From NCBI GenBank assembly GCA_934132775.1, contig CAKPAA010000007.1, forward strand, positions 21,599-85,598: a stretch of DNA of 64,000 nt, in the 5' to 3' direction. This document shows, piece by piece, positions 48,302 through 59,109 of this stretch. Every line of letters begins with the position of its first letter. The stretch's first letter is position 1. A program made the translations under genes and the position numbers. The notes under the pieces were generated by a model. That model was not told the origin of the DNA. It saw only the letters and a program-made list of their open reading frames with translations, and did no database searches. The DNA comes from an uncultured Clostridia bacterium (GTDB lineage Bacteria; Bacillota; Clostridia; TANB77; UBA1234).

Positions 48302-48712
48302 ATGCCTAGAGTTGCTAAAAAAGATGTAGCCGTATTTTGCGGAACTGGTAGAAGAAAAACTTCTATCGCTAGAGTTAGATTGATGCCAGGTAAAGGTAAT
48401 ATCACAATAAACGGAAAAGATATTGCTGAATACCTACCTACTGAAGTTCTTAGAGTTGTTGCTAAACAAGCTTTAGCAGTTAGTGGAACTGAAGGAAAAT
48501 ATGATATTGTAATCAAAGTTGAAGGTGGCGGTTTAACAGGTCAAGCTGGTGCCATCAGACACGGTATTGCTAGAGCTTTGGTTAAAGCTGATGAAGCTTA
48601 CAAACCTGCTATTAAAGCAGCTGGTTTATTGACAAGAGATTCAAGAATGAAGGAAAGAAAGAAACCAGGTCTTAAAAAAGCAAGAAAAGCTCCACAATTC
48701 TCAAAGAGATAA
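48302..48712 (+). CDS. rpsI: 30S ribosomal protein S9
   Basis: Canonical S9 with the C-terminal ..FSKR. Confidence 0.95.
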   Translation: MPRVAKKDVAVFCGTGRRKTSIARVRLMPGKGNITINGKDIAEYLPTEVLRVVAKQALAVSGTEGKYDIVIKVEGGGLTGQAGAIRHGIARALVKADEAYKPAIKAAGLLTRDSRMKERKKPGLKKARKAPQFSKR

Positions 48713-48727
48713 TATTTTATATATTAC

Positions 48728-48760
48728 AAACCCTACAGTTTCAAAAAGCTGTAGGGTTTT
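48728..48760 (+). terminator. Rho-independent terminator of rplM-rpsI
   Basis: aaaccctacag/ctgtagggttt stem followed by TTTT. Confidence 0.7.
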
Positions 48761-48895
48761 CGACTGTTTAAGATTCTTTAAGATTGTAGAAAAACTGGTA
48801 TGTAAGTAACAAATTTTAATGCAATTTTTATTATGCAATTATACTTTTTAAATAAAAAATAAGACTACTCCGTTAAGGGATAATATTTTATATCT

Positions 48896-49577
48896 TTATT
48901 GCCACAAGTTTAAAGATGAGTCTGGTGTAACTTCAGCCATTCCCTCTAAATTATAAAAAGTATCTGGCACATCACCTATCAAAACAGTTTCCGCCACATT
49001 TACGTGATTTATAACATCTACCTTTTCACTTATAAACGGTGCTACAATTCCCATTCTGCACCTAATTTCCAAATAAACTCTATGTCTAGTCTGATTTATT
49101 CCTGTTGAGATAAATTCCGTTTTAAACTCAATATTGACTGTTCCAGTTGGTATTAGTTTTACTTCTATCACTGGTCCTCTACCTGCTAAAAATGCATTTC
49201 CTGTGAAATTTCCTATTGGTATTCTTACATATGATTCTTTTAGTTCATTATTTTTTTCTTGTATTCTACTAGAAATTTCAGACGAAATTCTGTTCATTTC
49301 TATAACGTTTGCTCTAAGTGCTAATATTTTGCCGGTTTGCATCTCTATCCAAAATTATTAAATCAAGATATCCAACGTCATTCATAACTTCTTGCACAAC
49401 TTGGTTAGATATTGATATTCCAATGCTTTCAGCTCTAACCTTGCAAAGTTCCATTATTGTTGGTTCTGCAAGATATGTAATTAGCTCAAAAGTAAGCCAC
49501 ATTGCTAAAATTACAATTAAATATTCTAAAATAAATAACTTTTTTCTATACTTATCAAAACCTAATCGCTCTTCCAT
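48896..49577 (-). pseudogene. yunB: Sporulation protein YunB homolog split by a +1 frameshift
   Basis: The N-terminal part (49314..49577) and the C-terminal part (48896..49342, with GNAFLAGRGP and VPDTFYNL YunB-like blocks) lie in different frames and overlap at 49314..49342. Removing one C from GCCGG at 49331..49335 restores a contiguous DRDANGKILALRAN reading. Confidence 0.5.
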
Positions 49578-49578
49578 A

Positions 49579-51144
49579 TCATAACAATTCAGCAGCTACT
49601 TTCGCATTTCTTTTTGGAATAATTAACTGTTGATTTGGATATATTTTATCATCTTTCAAATCATTATAACTCATTATTTCACATACCGTAGTTCTATATT
49701 TCTTTGCAATTTTCCACAAAGAGTCCCCTGGTTTAACATAGTAAATAACTATACTTGGCATCTCTGGTAATTTATCTTCTGATACTTCTATATTTTTTAT
49801 ACCATTTATTCTTTCATTTTTGTCTGCTTGCACAAATATCTTTGTTTCTATTTTTATTTGCATTTGACTAGAATCAATTTTTGAATATTCAATATTATTT
49901 ATATTCATATTGATTTCCGTATTCATACCATTTTGCAAGTTTTGTATTTTTACAACTTGTGCAAATGGTAACTCCATTTTTTTAGATTCTAGCGTTCTTT
50001 TATTTTCGTTATAGTTTAAAATATCAAAATTTATATTTCCTTCCAAAGCAACTTTACCATCTAAAACATTTTTTGTATTTATATTTGGAGTCGCATCAAT
50101 ATTAAGAATTTTTATATTATCTAGGTCTGGAATTAACAATCCTTGCACAATTTCCACATTTTCTGCCTGATTTATCGTATTTTGTAATAAATTTATTTCT
50201 TCATATTCGCATTTTAAGTTACAATCTGGTGAATATATATCATCAATTACTTCTGTTTGTTCTTTTTGAAACACACAAACTCTTGCACATACTTTTCCCT
50301 CAACTGTAAAACTAAGTGATTTTAAATCTTGATATATAGGCTTTATAGAGAATGCCTTAACTGTGTACTTTAATGAAATCTCCATATTTTCATTTATACC
50401 ATCGTAATCAATAAAGCCCATTACTGGTATTGTTGTCTCAAAGGATTCTAACGTCTGACTTTCATCATCAGAAACATATATTATCTTAACGATGGCATCT
50501 GCTTTTGCAAAAATCTTATTATAGCTTATTTTATAATCTTCATTTGATATTTTCAAAGTGGCTTTTAATATTTCACCTATTGGCTTGCATCCCTCATCTA
50601 AGCTAACATTTTCTTGTAAATCTATATCTTGCATTTTGCAGTTTTGAAGCACATTAAGATCAATGCTTTTCTTTTGAAGTTCAACATCTCTGCTATCTGT
50701 TACATCTTTTGCAATGTTGCATTCGGTCGTATTCATCGCTTTTACATCTATTGTTATTGGAGATTTAATATTTAGTTTTCTGCTGTTTATAACTTTACAT
50801 TCGATAGGTCCTTTATACACTCTTAAATCAATTATTGAGTTCTCATTAACATCTGGAATATTAAATGTTTCAGAGAAATCAAAATTACTTGTTAAATTTT
50901 TAAAAGCTCCGCTCTCATCATCTGACATATAGACAACACAAACTTGCATTGTACCATCAACAATTAACTTTCCATTTTCAATTCTTTGATTTGTTATAAA
51001 AACTTCATTATCCACCGAAATTAAGCTAAGAATATCTGGTTTTATATCAGGTACGCTTATATCTCCCTCTATAACTTTTGTTTTTTTCTCCTTACCAACT
51101 AACTTAGTAACATTTATTGGCTGATTTATTGTCTCTATATTCAT
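49579..51144 (-). CDS. DUF3794-repeat protein with a C-terminal LysM domain (SipL-like spore-coat morphogenetic protein candidate)
   Basis: C-terminal LysM (VKPGDSLWKIAKKYRTTVCEIMSYNDL). Size and architecture recalled for Clostridial SipL-like proteins. Confidence 0.5.
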   Translation of the reverse strand: MNIETINQPINVTKLVGKEKKTKVIEGDISVPDIKPDILSLISVDNEVFITNQRIENGKLIVDGTMQVCVVYMSDDESGAFKNLTSNFDFSETFNIPDVNENSIIDLRVYKGPIECKVINSRKLNIKSPITIDVKAMNTTECNIAKDVTDSRDVELQKKSIDLNVLQNCKMQDIDLQENVSLDEGCKPIGEILKATLKISNEDYKISYNKIFAKADAIVKIIYVSDDESQTLESFETTIPVMGFIDYDGINENMEISLKYTVKAFSIKPIYQDLKSLSFTVEGKVCARVCVFQKEQTEVIDDIYSPDCNLKCEYEEINLLQNTINQAENVEIVQGLLIPDLDNIKILNIDATPNINTKNVLDGKVALEGNINFDILNYNENKRTLESKKMELPFAQVVKIQNLQNGMNTEINMNINNIEYSKIDSSQMQIKIETKIFVQADKNERINGIKNIEVSEDKLPEMPSIVIYYVKPGDSLWKIAKKYRTTVCEIMSYNDLKDDKIYPNQQLIIPKRNAKVAAELL

Positions 51145-51267
51145 AAAAAATCCCTCCTAATATTTTTAGTTTGTACTACTTCAAATATATTAGGAGAGAT
51201 TAAAATTTAGAACAAGCAAGATGAAATTTTGATATATACAACAAAAGAGAACCATTTCTAGTTCTCT

Positions 51268-51597
51268 TTAAAGATTCGTTTTCGGAGTTGCAGTATCAAG
51301 TATTGAACTGAAACCTTCACTACCTTCAATATTTAACTCTACTGATTTTGTTAATACATCTGTGTAACTGTATGTAACATTTCTTTGACTGTCATCCATC
51401 TTTACTACAAATATATTGGGATAAGTGTTAACAAGGGTGCCCTCTTTTTCAAAGCTTTTATTTCTTCCAAGACTTCCACGAAGTAGTACTTTTTGACCAA
51501 CACAATCTTCTATATTTTTCTTTACCTCATTTATATTGCTTTTTTCAATCACAATAACCACCCCTCTTGTTTCTTCTGTATGCTCCAAGTATAGCAC
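51268..51597 (-). CDS. veg: Veg-family protein
   Basis: Conserved core TYPNIFVVKMDD..VTYSYTDVLTKSVEL. The N-terminus may begin at an alternative internal start. Confidence 0.75.
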   Translation of the reverse strand: MLYLEHTEETRGVVIVIEKSNINEVKKNIEDCVGQKVLLRGSLGRNKSFEKEGTLVNTYPNIFVVKMDDSQRNVTYSYTDVLTKSVELNIEGSEGFSSILDTATPKTNL

Positions 51598-51685
51598 AAT
51601 TTGGTAGTAATGTCAAAACATAAATTTAGCATTTAAAGCTACTCTCGCAAGGATTTGAAAGCTCAGTTATGTAAAGAAAACATAA

Positions 51686-54517
51686 TCAGTCTTTATTCAA
51701 ATATTTCTTTAAAAATTTTCCTGTGTATGAGCCTTCAACCTTAGCAACTTCTTCTGGTGTTCCTTGGGCTATAATCTGTCCTCCATTTACTCCTCCCCCG
51801 GGTCCCAAGTCTATTATATGGTCTGCAATTTTTATTATGTCTAAGTTATGCTCGATTATTAACATACTATTTCCAGCATCAACAAGTCTATCAAGTATTT
51901 CTATAAGCTTGTGAATGTCTGCTATATGTAGACCTGTTGTTGGCTCGTCCAAAATATACATTGTTTTTCCAGTAGATTTTTTGCATAACTCGTTTGCAAG
52001 TTTTACTCTTTGTGCCTCGCCGCCAGACAAAGTTGTTGAAGATTGTCCTAATTTTATATATCCTAGTCCCACATCATACAATGTTTGAATTTTATTTTTT
52101 ATTTTAGGAACGTTAGTGAAGAAATCTAATGCTTCTTCAACAGTCATATTTAGCACATCATATATATTCTTTCCCTTGTATTTTACTTCGAGAGTTTCTC
52201 TATTATACCTCTTTCCACCACAAACATCACAAGGCACATAAACATCAGATAAAAAGTGCATTTCGATTTTTACAATACCCTCGCCCTCGCACGATTCGCA
52301 TCTTCCACCTGCCACATTAAAGCTAAATCTTCCCTTTGAATATCCCCTCATTTTAGCTTCATTTGTCTCTGCAAATAAATCTCTTATCAAGTCAAAAACA
52401 CCTATATATGTTGCTGGATTTGAACGAGGCGTTCTACCTATTGGTGATTGGTCTATTGCTATTACTTTATCTAAATTTTCTATTCCTTTTATTTCTTTAT
52501 ACTTTCCTTGTTTTAGATTTGCTCTATTCAAATCATTTGCAAGCTTTTTATATAAAACTCCATTTATAAGTGAAGATTTTCCTGAACCTGAAACACCAGT
52601 TATTGCAACCATTTTGCCAAGTGGTATTTTTACATTTATATTTTTCAAATTATTTTCGGCAGCACCAATTACTTCAAGATATTTCTTATTTCCTTTTCTA
52701 CGTTTTGCTGGAACTGGGATTTTAAGTTCACCACTTAAATATTTTCCTGTTATTGAATTTGGATTTTTCTTTAATTCTTCTGCTGTTCCTTCTGCTACAA
52801 CATTTCCACCGTGCACACCAGCGCCCGGTCCTATATCTATTATGTGGTCTGCTGCATACATAGTATCTTCATCATGTTCAACAACTATCAATGTGTTTCC
52901 TAAATCTCTTAGTTTCTTTAATGTCGCAATTAACTTTTCATTGTCTCTCTGGTGTAGACCAATACTAGGTTCGTCAAGTATATACAAAACTCCCATAAGT
53001 CCAGAACCAATTTGTGTTGCTAATCTAATTCTTTGCGCCTCTCCACCAGATAATGTACCTGCATTTCTTGAAAGTGTTAAATATTCCAAGCCAACATCAA
53101 TTAAAAACTGTAGTCTAGCATTTAATTCTTTTATAATTTGTTGTGCAATAATCTTTTCTTTCTCAGTTAGTTTTAATTTTTCAATAAATTTCTTTATTTC
53201 CGTAACAGACATCGAAGTTAATTCATATATATTTTTACCTCCGACAGTTACAGAAAGTGCAGATTTATTAAGTCTTGCTCCGTTGCACTCATAGCAATGA
53301 GATTCAGTCATATACATCTCATAAAATTCACGCATACCATTTGAAGAAGTCTCTCTATATCTTCTTTCCATAGTGTTCATAACGCCCTCAAAAGGTGCTG
53401 TGAAATTTCTTACTCCCGTAGAGCTTTCGTATCTAAAATCAATTTTTTCGTCGCCAGTTCCATACAAAACTTTTTCCATAAAATCTCTTGGCAAATCTTT
53501 AATTGGTTTTGAAACATCAACGTGATAATGTTCTCCCAATGCCTTTAAATACATAACTCCCATATTATTCTCTTTTGACTGATTCCAGCCCATTCCTTTT
53601 AGTCCACCATCAAGAAGTGAGATATTTTTATCTGGCACTATTAAATCCTCATCCATTTTTAACAAAACACCTAAACCACTACAAGTTGGACAAGCGCCAA
53701 ATGGATTATTAAATGAGAATAATCTTGGTGATAAATCTTCAATACTAATATTGCAGTCAGGACAAGAATAGTTTTGTGAAAATAATATTTCTTTTCCATC
53801 AATAATGTCTATTAAAACTAGTTTGTTAGCATGTTTTAGAGCTGTTTCAACTGAATCACTAATTCTATTTCTAGCACTTTCTTTAACAACAATTCTATCA
53901 ACTACAATTTCAATGCTGTGTTTCTTAGTTTTACTAATTTGTATTTCATCCTCACTTAAATCGTATATTGTTCCATCAACTCTTACTCTAACAAAACCAT
54001 CTTTTTTAGCATCTTCTAATAGCTTTGTATACTCACCTTTTTTCCCTCTAACAACAGGTGCAAGTACTTGAATTTTAGTGCCTTCTCCCAAAGCCATTAT
54101 TGCATCTATTATTTGGTCAATTGATTGTTGCTTTATCTCTTTGCCACATTTAGGGCAATGTGGAATACCAATTCTAGCATACATAAGTCTTAAATAGTCA
54201 TAAATCTCAGTTACAGTTCCAACTGTTGAACGTGGATTTTTTGAAGTCGTTTTTTGGTCAATCGATATTGCAGGTGATAATCCTTCAATATAGTCAACAT
54301 CTGGTTTTTCCATTATTCCCAAGAATTGTCTTGCATATGAAGATAAACTTTCAACGTATCTACGTTGTCCCTCAGCATAAATTGTGTCAAATGCAAGTGA
54401 CGACTTTCCTGAACCACTAAGTCCAGTGACAACAACTAGCTTGTCCCTAGGTATCTTCACATTTATATTTTTTAAGTTATTAACTCTTGCTCCCTTTATC
54501 TCTATATAGTCTAACAT
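51686..54517 (-). CDS. uvrA: Excinuclease ABC subunit A
   Basis: Two ABC ATPase modules ([18 protein letters not shown]), zinc fingers and the canonical N-terminus [18 protein letters not shown]. Confidence 0.95.
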   Translation of the reverse strand: MLDYIEIKGARVNNLKNINVKIPRDKLVVVTGLSGSGKSSLAFDTIYAEGQRRYVESLSSYARQFLGIMEKPDVDYIEGLSPAISIDQKTTSKNPRSTVGTVTEIYDYLRLMYARIGIPHCPKCGKEIKQQSIDQIIDAIMALGEGTKIQVLAPVVRGKKGEYTKLLEDAKKDGFVRVRVDGTIYDLSEDEIQISKTKKHSIEIVVDRIVVKESARNRISDSVETALKHANKLVLIDIIDGKEILFSQNYSCPDCNISIEDLSPRLFSFNNPFGACPTCSGLGVLLKMDEDLIVPDKNISLLDGGLKGMGWNQSKENNMGVMYLKALGEHYHVDVSKPIKDLPRDFMEKVLYGTGDEKIDFRYESSTGVRNFTAPFEGVMNTMERRYRETSSNGMREFYEMYMTESHCYECNGARLNKSALSVTVGGKNIYELTSMSVTEIKKFIEKLKLTEKEKIIAQQIIKELNARLQFLIDVGLEYLTLSRNAGTLSGGEAQRIRLATQIGSGLMGVLYILDEPSIGLHQRDNEKLIATLKKLRDLGNTLIVVEHDEDTMYAADHIIDIGPGAGVHGGNVVAEGTAEELKKNPNSITGKYLSGELKIPVPAKRRKGNKKYLEVIGAAENNLKNINVKIPLGKMVAITGVSGSGKSSLINGVLYKKLANDLNRANLKQGKYKEIKGIENLDKVIAIDQSPIGRTPRSNPATYIGVFDLIRDLFAETNEAKMRGYSKGRFSFNVAGGRCESCEGEGIVKIEMHFLSDVYVPCDVCGGKRYNRETLEVKYKGKNIYDVLNMTVEEALDFFTNVPKIKNKIQTLYDVGLGYIKLGQSSTTLSGGEAQRVKLANELCKKSTGKTMYILDEPTTGLHIADIHKLIEILDRLVDAGNSMLIIEHNLDIIKIADHIIDLGPGGGVNGGQIIAQGTPEEVAKVEGSYTGKFLKKYLNKD

Positions 54518-54562
54518 AAGTCCCCTCCACTTCTGTATTTACATACAAACTCAGACTATATT

Positions 54563-54576
54563 GTAACATACGTTCG
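54563..54576. promoter_or_regulatory. LexA (Cheo-type) box candidate upstream of uvrA
   Basis: GTAACATACGTTCG compared with the consensus CGAACATATGTTCG. Right half-site matches perfectly, with mismatches in the left half. Confidence 0.35.
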
Positions 54577-54773
54577 CATTTTTTTCAACAACGAAACTCA
54601 AAAACTATTTTCCGATTTGAGAGAAACCAAAAATATTCAATTTTTCGGTATTAAATTTTTAAAAAATTTTCTATTAAAAATGTAAAATCTCTTGTATAAG
54701 TCAAAATTTTTATACAATATGAAGATAAAAAACTCTGCAACTTTGTTACAAATTGTTATCTTTTTTTGTTGCA

Positions 54774-54818
54774 CAAAAAAATTGAGGCATAAAATTTTCT
54801 CAAATTTTATACCTCAAT
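54774..54818 (-). terminator. Rho-independent terminator of rplJ-rplL
   Basis: 14-bp stem ttgaggtataaaat/attttatgcctcaa followed by U7 on the minus strand. Confidence 0.55.
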
Positions 54819-54853
54819 ATAATTTTACTTTTTATAAAAATTATTAGTTAAAA

Positions 54854-55222
54854 CTAAGCAAGTTCAACTGTTGCTCCAGCTTCTTCTAATTTAGCTTTTA
54901 AAGCTTCTGCATCAGCTTTTGGTGCATTCTCTTTAACTGTCTTAGGAGCTCCATCAACTAAGTCTTTAGCTTCTTTTAATCCTAAACCAGTAGCTTCTCT
55001 AACTACTTTGATAACTGCTAATTTTGTAGCTCCAGCGTCTTTTAATACAACATTGAATTCTGTTTTTTCTTCAGCAGCTGCTGCTCCTGCAGCTGGTGCT
55101 GCTACAACTGCTGCTGCAGCTGCAGATACTCCAAATTTGTCTTCAATTGCTTTAACTAAATCAGCTAATTCTAAAACTGTAAGTTTTTCGATTTCAGCTA
55201 TTAAATTTTCGATTTTTTCCAT
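54854..55222 (-). CDS. rplL: 50S ribosomal protein L7/L12
   Basis: Canonical L7/L12 with an Ala-rich hinge. ATG at 55222 follows GGAGA; the track ORF extends further 5'. Confidence 0.93.
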   Translation of the reverse strand: MEKIENLIAEIEKLTVLELADLVKAIEDKFGVSAAAAAVVAAPAAGAAAAEEKTEFNVVLKDAGATKLAVIKVVREATGLGLKEAKDLVDGAPKTVKENAPKADAEALKAKLEEAGATVELA

Positions 55223-55402
55223 TTTAAATTTCTCCTTTATATTTATTTTATGTTTTCTGGCACATAAAGCCATTATAATTAAATTTTACTGAGAGTAGCT
55301 CATAACTTTTATATATCTTTCGTTTTTCGATTAAAATAATCAAAATAAAGACTATATTGAACTAATCAATTTAAGATTCATACACGGCAAAGTTTATAAC
55401 AA

Positions 55403-55909
55403 TTAACCTTGTGCAGATTCTTTTTGTTCTCTAACTTGATCAAGTACAACTGCAACATTTCTAATGTTAGCAAGCAATACTGTAGCAAGTTGTGTAAGTA
55501 ACATTTCTTTTGATGGTAATTTAGCAAGTTTGATAACTTCTTCAGCATCAATAACTTTTCCATCCATTATTCCACCTTTAATTTTGTAAAATTCTGTGTC
55601 TTTAGCATAATCATACAAAACTTTAGCTGGTGTTACGTAATCTTCGTAACTAAATGTAACTGCTGTTGGTCCTTCTAATAATTTAGAAATTTCTTCAACA
55701 TCTGTTCCTTTAACAGCAAATTTCAATGTTGAGTTTTTAGCAACTAAATACTCAGAATCAGTTTTTCTTAATTCTGCTCTAATCTTTGTAATGTCTTCAA
55801 CGTTAATTCCTCTGTAATCAGTTAAAATAACTAATTTTGATTTGCTGAATTTTTCTTTAAGTGCTTCTGCATCACTTTGTTTTTTAGCAAGTACTTTTGC
55901 GTTTGGCAT
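55403..55909 (-). CDS. rplJ: 50S ribosomal protein L10
   Basis: Canonical L10. ATG at 55909 follows GGAGGTG by 5 nt. Confidence 0.93.
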   Translation of the reverse strand: MPNAKVLAKKQSDAEALKEKFSKSKLVILTDYRGINVEDITKIRAELRKTDSEYLVAKNSTLKFAVKGTDVEEISKLLEGPTAVTFSYEDYVTPAKVLYDYAKDTEFYKIKGGIMDGKVIDAEEVIKLAKLPSKEMLLTQLATVLLANIRNVAVVLDQVREQKESAQG

Positions 55910-56055
55910 TACTACACCTCCTTTTAATAAAAAATCTGACATACTACCGAAGTAAATATGCCAGATCATAAATCCGTTCATTTACCTCGGTAGGAATCTT
56001 TTACATACTTAATGTATAACCCACTGTCTTTGGCTATATATAAATAAATTAAACT
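55910..56055 (-). promoter_or_regulatory. L10-leader-type structured 5' UTR of rplJ-rplL
   Basis: Hairpin ccgaggtaaatgaacggatttatgatctggcatatttacttcgg lies between rplA and rplJ, as in Firmicute L10 autoregulatory leaders. Confidence 0.4.
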
Positions 56056-56736
56056 CTACGCTCTAACTTGAACACCAGGTCCCATTGTGCTAGAAACTGA
56101 CATTCCTTTGATATATTGACCTTTAGCTGCAGCTGGTTTAGCTTTAACTATTGCATCATATAAAGTTGTAAAGTTTTCAACAAGCTTATCTGCTCCGAAA
56201 GATATTTTACCAATTGGGCAGTGAATAATGTTATTCTTATCCAATCTATATTCTATCTTACCAGCTTTGATTTCGCTAACTGCCTTAGCAACATCCATAG
56301 TAACTGTTCCTGATTTTGGGTTTGGCATTAAACCTTTTGGTCCTAATACTTTACCTAATCTACCAATAATACCCATCATATCTGGTGTAGCTACGATAAC
56401 ATCATAATCAAACCAGTTTTCTTTTTCGATTCTTGGTATTAAATCTTCTGCTCCTACGAAATCTGCACCTGCAGCTTCAGCTTCTTTAGCCTTATCACCT
56501 TTTGCAAAAACTAAAACTCTTTGAGTTTTACCTGTTCCGTGTGGTAATACTATAACACCTCTAACTTGTTGATCAGCGTGTTTTGAATCAACACCTAATC
56601 TGAAGTGTGCTTCAACTGTTTCATCGAATTTTGCTTTTGGCATCTTTTCGATTAAATCAAATGCTGTTTTAAGGTCATATGAAACGCCTTTTTCAATAAG
56701 CTTTGCACTCTCTTGATATCTTTTTCCTCTTTTCAT
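56056..56736 (-). CDS. rplA: 50S ribosomal protein L1
   Basis: Canonical L1. Confidence 0.95.
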   Translation of the reverse strand: MKRGKRYQESAKLIEKGVSYDLKTAFDLIEKMPKAKFDETVEAHFRLGVDSKHADQQVRGVIVLPHGTGKTQRVLVFAKGDKAKEAEAAGADFVGAEDLIPRIEKENWFDYDVIVATPDMMGIIGRLGKVLGPKGLMPNPKSGTVTMDVAKAVSEIKAGKIEYRLDKNNIIHCPIGKISFGADKLVENFTTLYDAIVKAKPAAAKGQYIKGMSVSSTMGPGVQVRA

Positions 56737-56796
56737 TTTTTCCTCCTTTGGTTCAAACGAGATTTTTTACATCTCTCCCATAATTAAAATCTTGGA

Positions 56797-57225
56797 CTAG
56801 TCTTCTACAACTATTCCCATACTTCTAGCTGTACCTTTAACCATACTTGTTGCAGCTTCTAAGCTTGCAGCATTTAGGTCTTGCATTTTTGTCTTTGCAA
56901 TTTCTTCAGCTGTTGCAGATGTTATTTTAGCAACTTTATCTTTATTAGGTTTTGCTGAACCTTTTTCGATTTTAGCAGCTTTTAACAATAAGTCAGCAAC
57001 TGGTGGAACTTTAGTAATAAAGCTAAAAGATTTGTCTTGATATACTGTGATAACAACTGGGATTGTCATTCCAGGTTGATCTGCAGTTTTATCATTAAAC
57101 TCTTTTACGAATTGCATAATGTTGATACCACTTGAACCTAAAGCTGGTCCTACTGGTGGTGCTGGTGTTGCCTTTCCTGCTGGTATTTGCAATTTTATAA
57201 CGTTAGTAACTTTCTTTTCTGCCAT
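56797..57225 (-). CDS. rplK: 50S ribosomal protein L11
   Basis: Canonical L11. Confidence 0.95.
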   Translation of the reverse strand: MAEKKVTNVIKLQIPAGKATPAPPVGPALGSSGINIMQFVKEFNDKTADQPGMTIPVVITVYQDKSFSFITKVPPVADLLLKAAKIEKGSAKPNKDKVAKITSATAEEIAKTKMQDLNAASLEAATSMVKGTARSMGIVVED

Positions 57226-57242
57226 TTTTTACACCTCCTAAA

Positions 57243-57803
57243 TTACATTTTCTGTATTTGTGAAAATTCTAGTTCTACTGGAGTTTCCCTACCAAACATA
57301 GAAACTAAAACTCTTACTTTCTCTTTTTCCATATTTATTTCTTCTACAACGCCAACAAAACTTTCTAATGGACCTGAGACAATTTTAACAGTATCTCCAA
57401 CCTCATAGTCAACGTTTACTGGCACTTTTTCGAAGCCCATATTTCTAATTTCTTCATCTGTAAGTGGAACTGGCTTTCCTCCTGCTCCAACGAAACCTGT
57501 AACACCTCTTACATTTCTAACAACGTACCAAGACTCTTCTGTTAAAATCATCTTAATTAGCACGTAGCCAGGAAATACTTTTTTTAAAGTTGTTTTCTTT
57601 TTATCGTCTTTTATTTCAATTTGTTCTTCAAGAGGAACAATTACTTCTTGAACAAGATGTTGCATATCTCTGTTTTCTACAGCCTTTTCCAAAGTATCTT
57701 TTACTTTATTTTCGTAACCTGAATATGTATGTACCACATACCATCTAGCTACTTCTGTATTATTTGTGTTATCTTGAGGCACTGATATTCCTCCTTTATT
57801 CAT
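57243..57803 (-). CDS. nusG: Transcription termination/antitermination factor NusG
   Basis: NGN domain (ARWYVVHTYSGYENKV) and a KOW domain. Confidence 0.9.
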   Translation of the reverse strand: MNKGGISVPQDNTNNTEVARWYVVHTYSGYENKVKDTLEKAVENRDMQHLVQEVIVPLEEQIEIKDDKKKTTLKKVFPGYVLIKMILTEESWYVVRNVRGVTGFVGAGGKPVPLTDEEIRNMGFEKVPVNVDYEVGDTVKIVSGPLESFVGVVEEINMEKEKVRVLVSMFGRETPVELEFSQIQKM

Positions 57804-57845
57804 TTTTTCAACTACTGAAACTTTTTAAATCATAACTGCAAAAAA

Positions 57846-58166
57846 CTATTCAGTGATTTTACCACTGATGTTCTCGCCACTTACATCTCCACTTAAACTT
57901 TCGTCTATTAGCTCACCGCTTACGTCTCCACTAACATTTTGTTCAATCTTAGTGTCTTTTCCAAGTATTAAGCCGTACCAACGATCACTCAAGAAATTAA
58001 AGAAAAGATTTAAAACGATTAGTATTGCTGAAATCAATAAAACAAATGCTATTGTAACAAACGTGGCTTTTACAGTTTGTTTACCCGTAGGCCAAATTAC
58101 TCTTTTTAATTCTGCCTTCATATTTTGAAAAAAGCTTCCTTTAACTTTTTTATCTTCATTTTGCAT
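57846..58166 (-). CDS. secE: Preprotein translocase subunit SecE with a repetitive C-terminal extension
   Basis: SecE core (LKRVIWPTGKQTV plus a transmembrane helix) followed by a tail with SGDVSGE repeats. Canonical position before nusG. Confidence 0.75.
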   Translation of the reverse strand: MQNEDKKVKGSFFQNMKAELKRVIWPTGKQTVKATFVTIAFVLLISAILIVLNLFFNFLSDRWYGLILGKDTKIEQNVSGDVSGELIDESLSGDVSGENISGKITE

Positions 58167-58196
58167 ATCAATTCACACCTTTATACTAATATTATC

Positions 58197-58346
58197 TTAT
58201 TTTGTTTCTTTGTGTTCTGTATGTTTTTTGCAGAATTTACAATACTTTTTCATTTCAATTCTATCTGGGTCATTCTTTTTGTTCTTCTTTGTATCGTAAT
58301 TTCTTTGTTTGCATTCTGTGCACGCTAAAGTTATTTTATCTCTCAT
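58197..58346 (-). CDS. rpmG: 50S ribosomal protein L33 (49 aa; not in the ORF track)
   Basis: Minus-strand translation [49 protein letters not shown] shows the L33 zinc-ribbon CxxC..CxxC. Canonical position upstream of secE. Confidence 0.9.
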   Translation of the reverse strand: MRDKITLACTECKQRNYDTKKNKKNDPDRIEMKKYCKFCKKHTEHKETK

Positions 58347-58419
58347 CTCATTCTTCCCCTTCCGCTACATTGTTCGCATATTTGTTCAAAAAAAAAGAAC
58401 CTTCTGCGGTTTGCTAGCT

Positions 58420-58448
58420 CATTCTACCACGTTAGTCCTTTTTTGTCA
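58420..58448 (-). promoter_or_regulatory. SigA promoter of rpmG-secE-nusG (TTGACA, 17-bp spacer, TAGAAT)
   Basis: Consensus hexamers on the minus strand, immediately downstream of direct repeat A. Confidence 0.5.
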
Positions 58449-58875
58449 ATACCTTTTGCAATATTTGCGTTTGTATTATGTATAAACATTTAAACATAAA
58501 AAAACAGCCCACAATTGTGAACTGAAAAGCAAGCTTTTTTTGACCATCCCTACTCAAACACCTTACTCGTGATACGCTGTGCAACATCGATGGATTAAAA
58601 TACTCCCAAGAATCGTAGAAGCTACTTACTCTATCTGCTAACTGTTCAAAGTCGTTAACTTGAATATCCGCCATTTCAAGTAGCACTTCTTTTAATAACC
58701 ATTCTTTTTCACTGCCTAATAAATAAGATGGAATTACGCCTGTTTCATATACTCTAAATGCTTCTTCTCTTATAGAATCATATAGAGCATCTTTTTCAGC
58801 TTCCATCTCTGCAACTTCTCTTCTAGCATCTTCCATAGTAAGTCTTTTTCTGCTACTTTCCTTCATAACGGCCAC
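58432..58875 (-). CDS. Hypothetical protein (147-aa ORF; the 3' end probably over-extended through the rpmG promoter)
   Basis: Strong RBS AAGGAG 7 nt before the ATG. No family recognised. Confidence 0.45.
   Translation of the reverse strand: MAVMKESSRKRLTMEDARREVAEMEAEKDALYDSIREEAFRVYETGVIPSYLLGSEKEWLLKEVLLEMADIQVNDFEQLADRVSSFYDSWEYFNPSMLHSVSRVRCLSRDGQKKLAFQFTIVGCFFMFKCLYIIQTQILQKVLTKKD
58454..58478. repeat. Direct repeat A (25 bp, TTTTGCAATATTTGCGTTTGTATTA)
   Basis: Identical 25-mer recurs at 61098..61122. Confidence 0.85.
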
Positions 58876-59109
58876 TCCTTCATTAAATAGATTAGGACTA
58901 TCATTACCGCAGCATTATGTAAATAATATACCATAAGCACTTGTAAATGTCAATTTGTGGCAGTTTTGCAGCATTACGGTTCACATAATGTTGACTTTTC
59001 CTCTAAAATATGATAAAATATATATAGTCACTGATGTTGTGACATTTTTCTGACACGCTGTGTTGGGAAAAAACAAAATCGGTGTTACACACCAAGAAAG
59101 GAGTTCACT

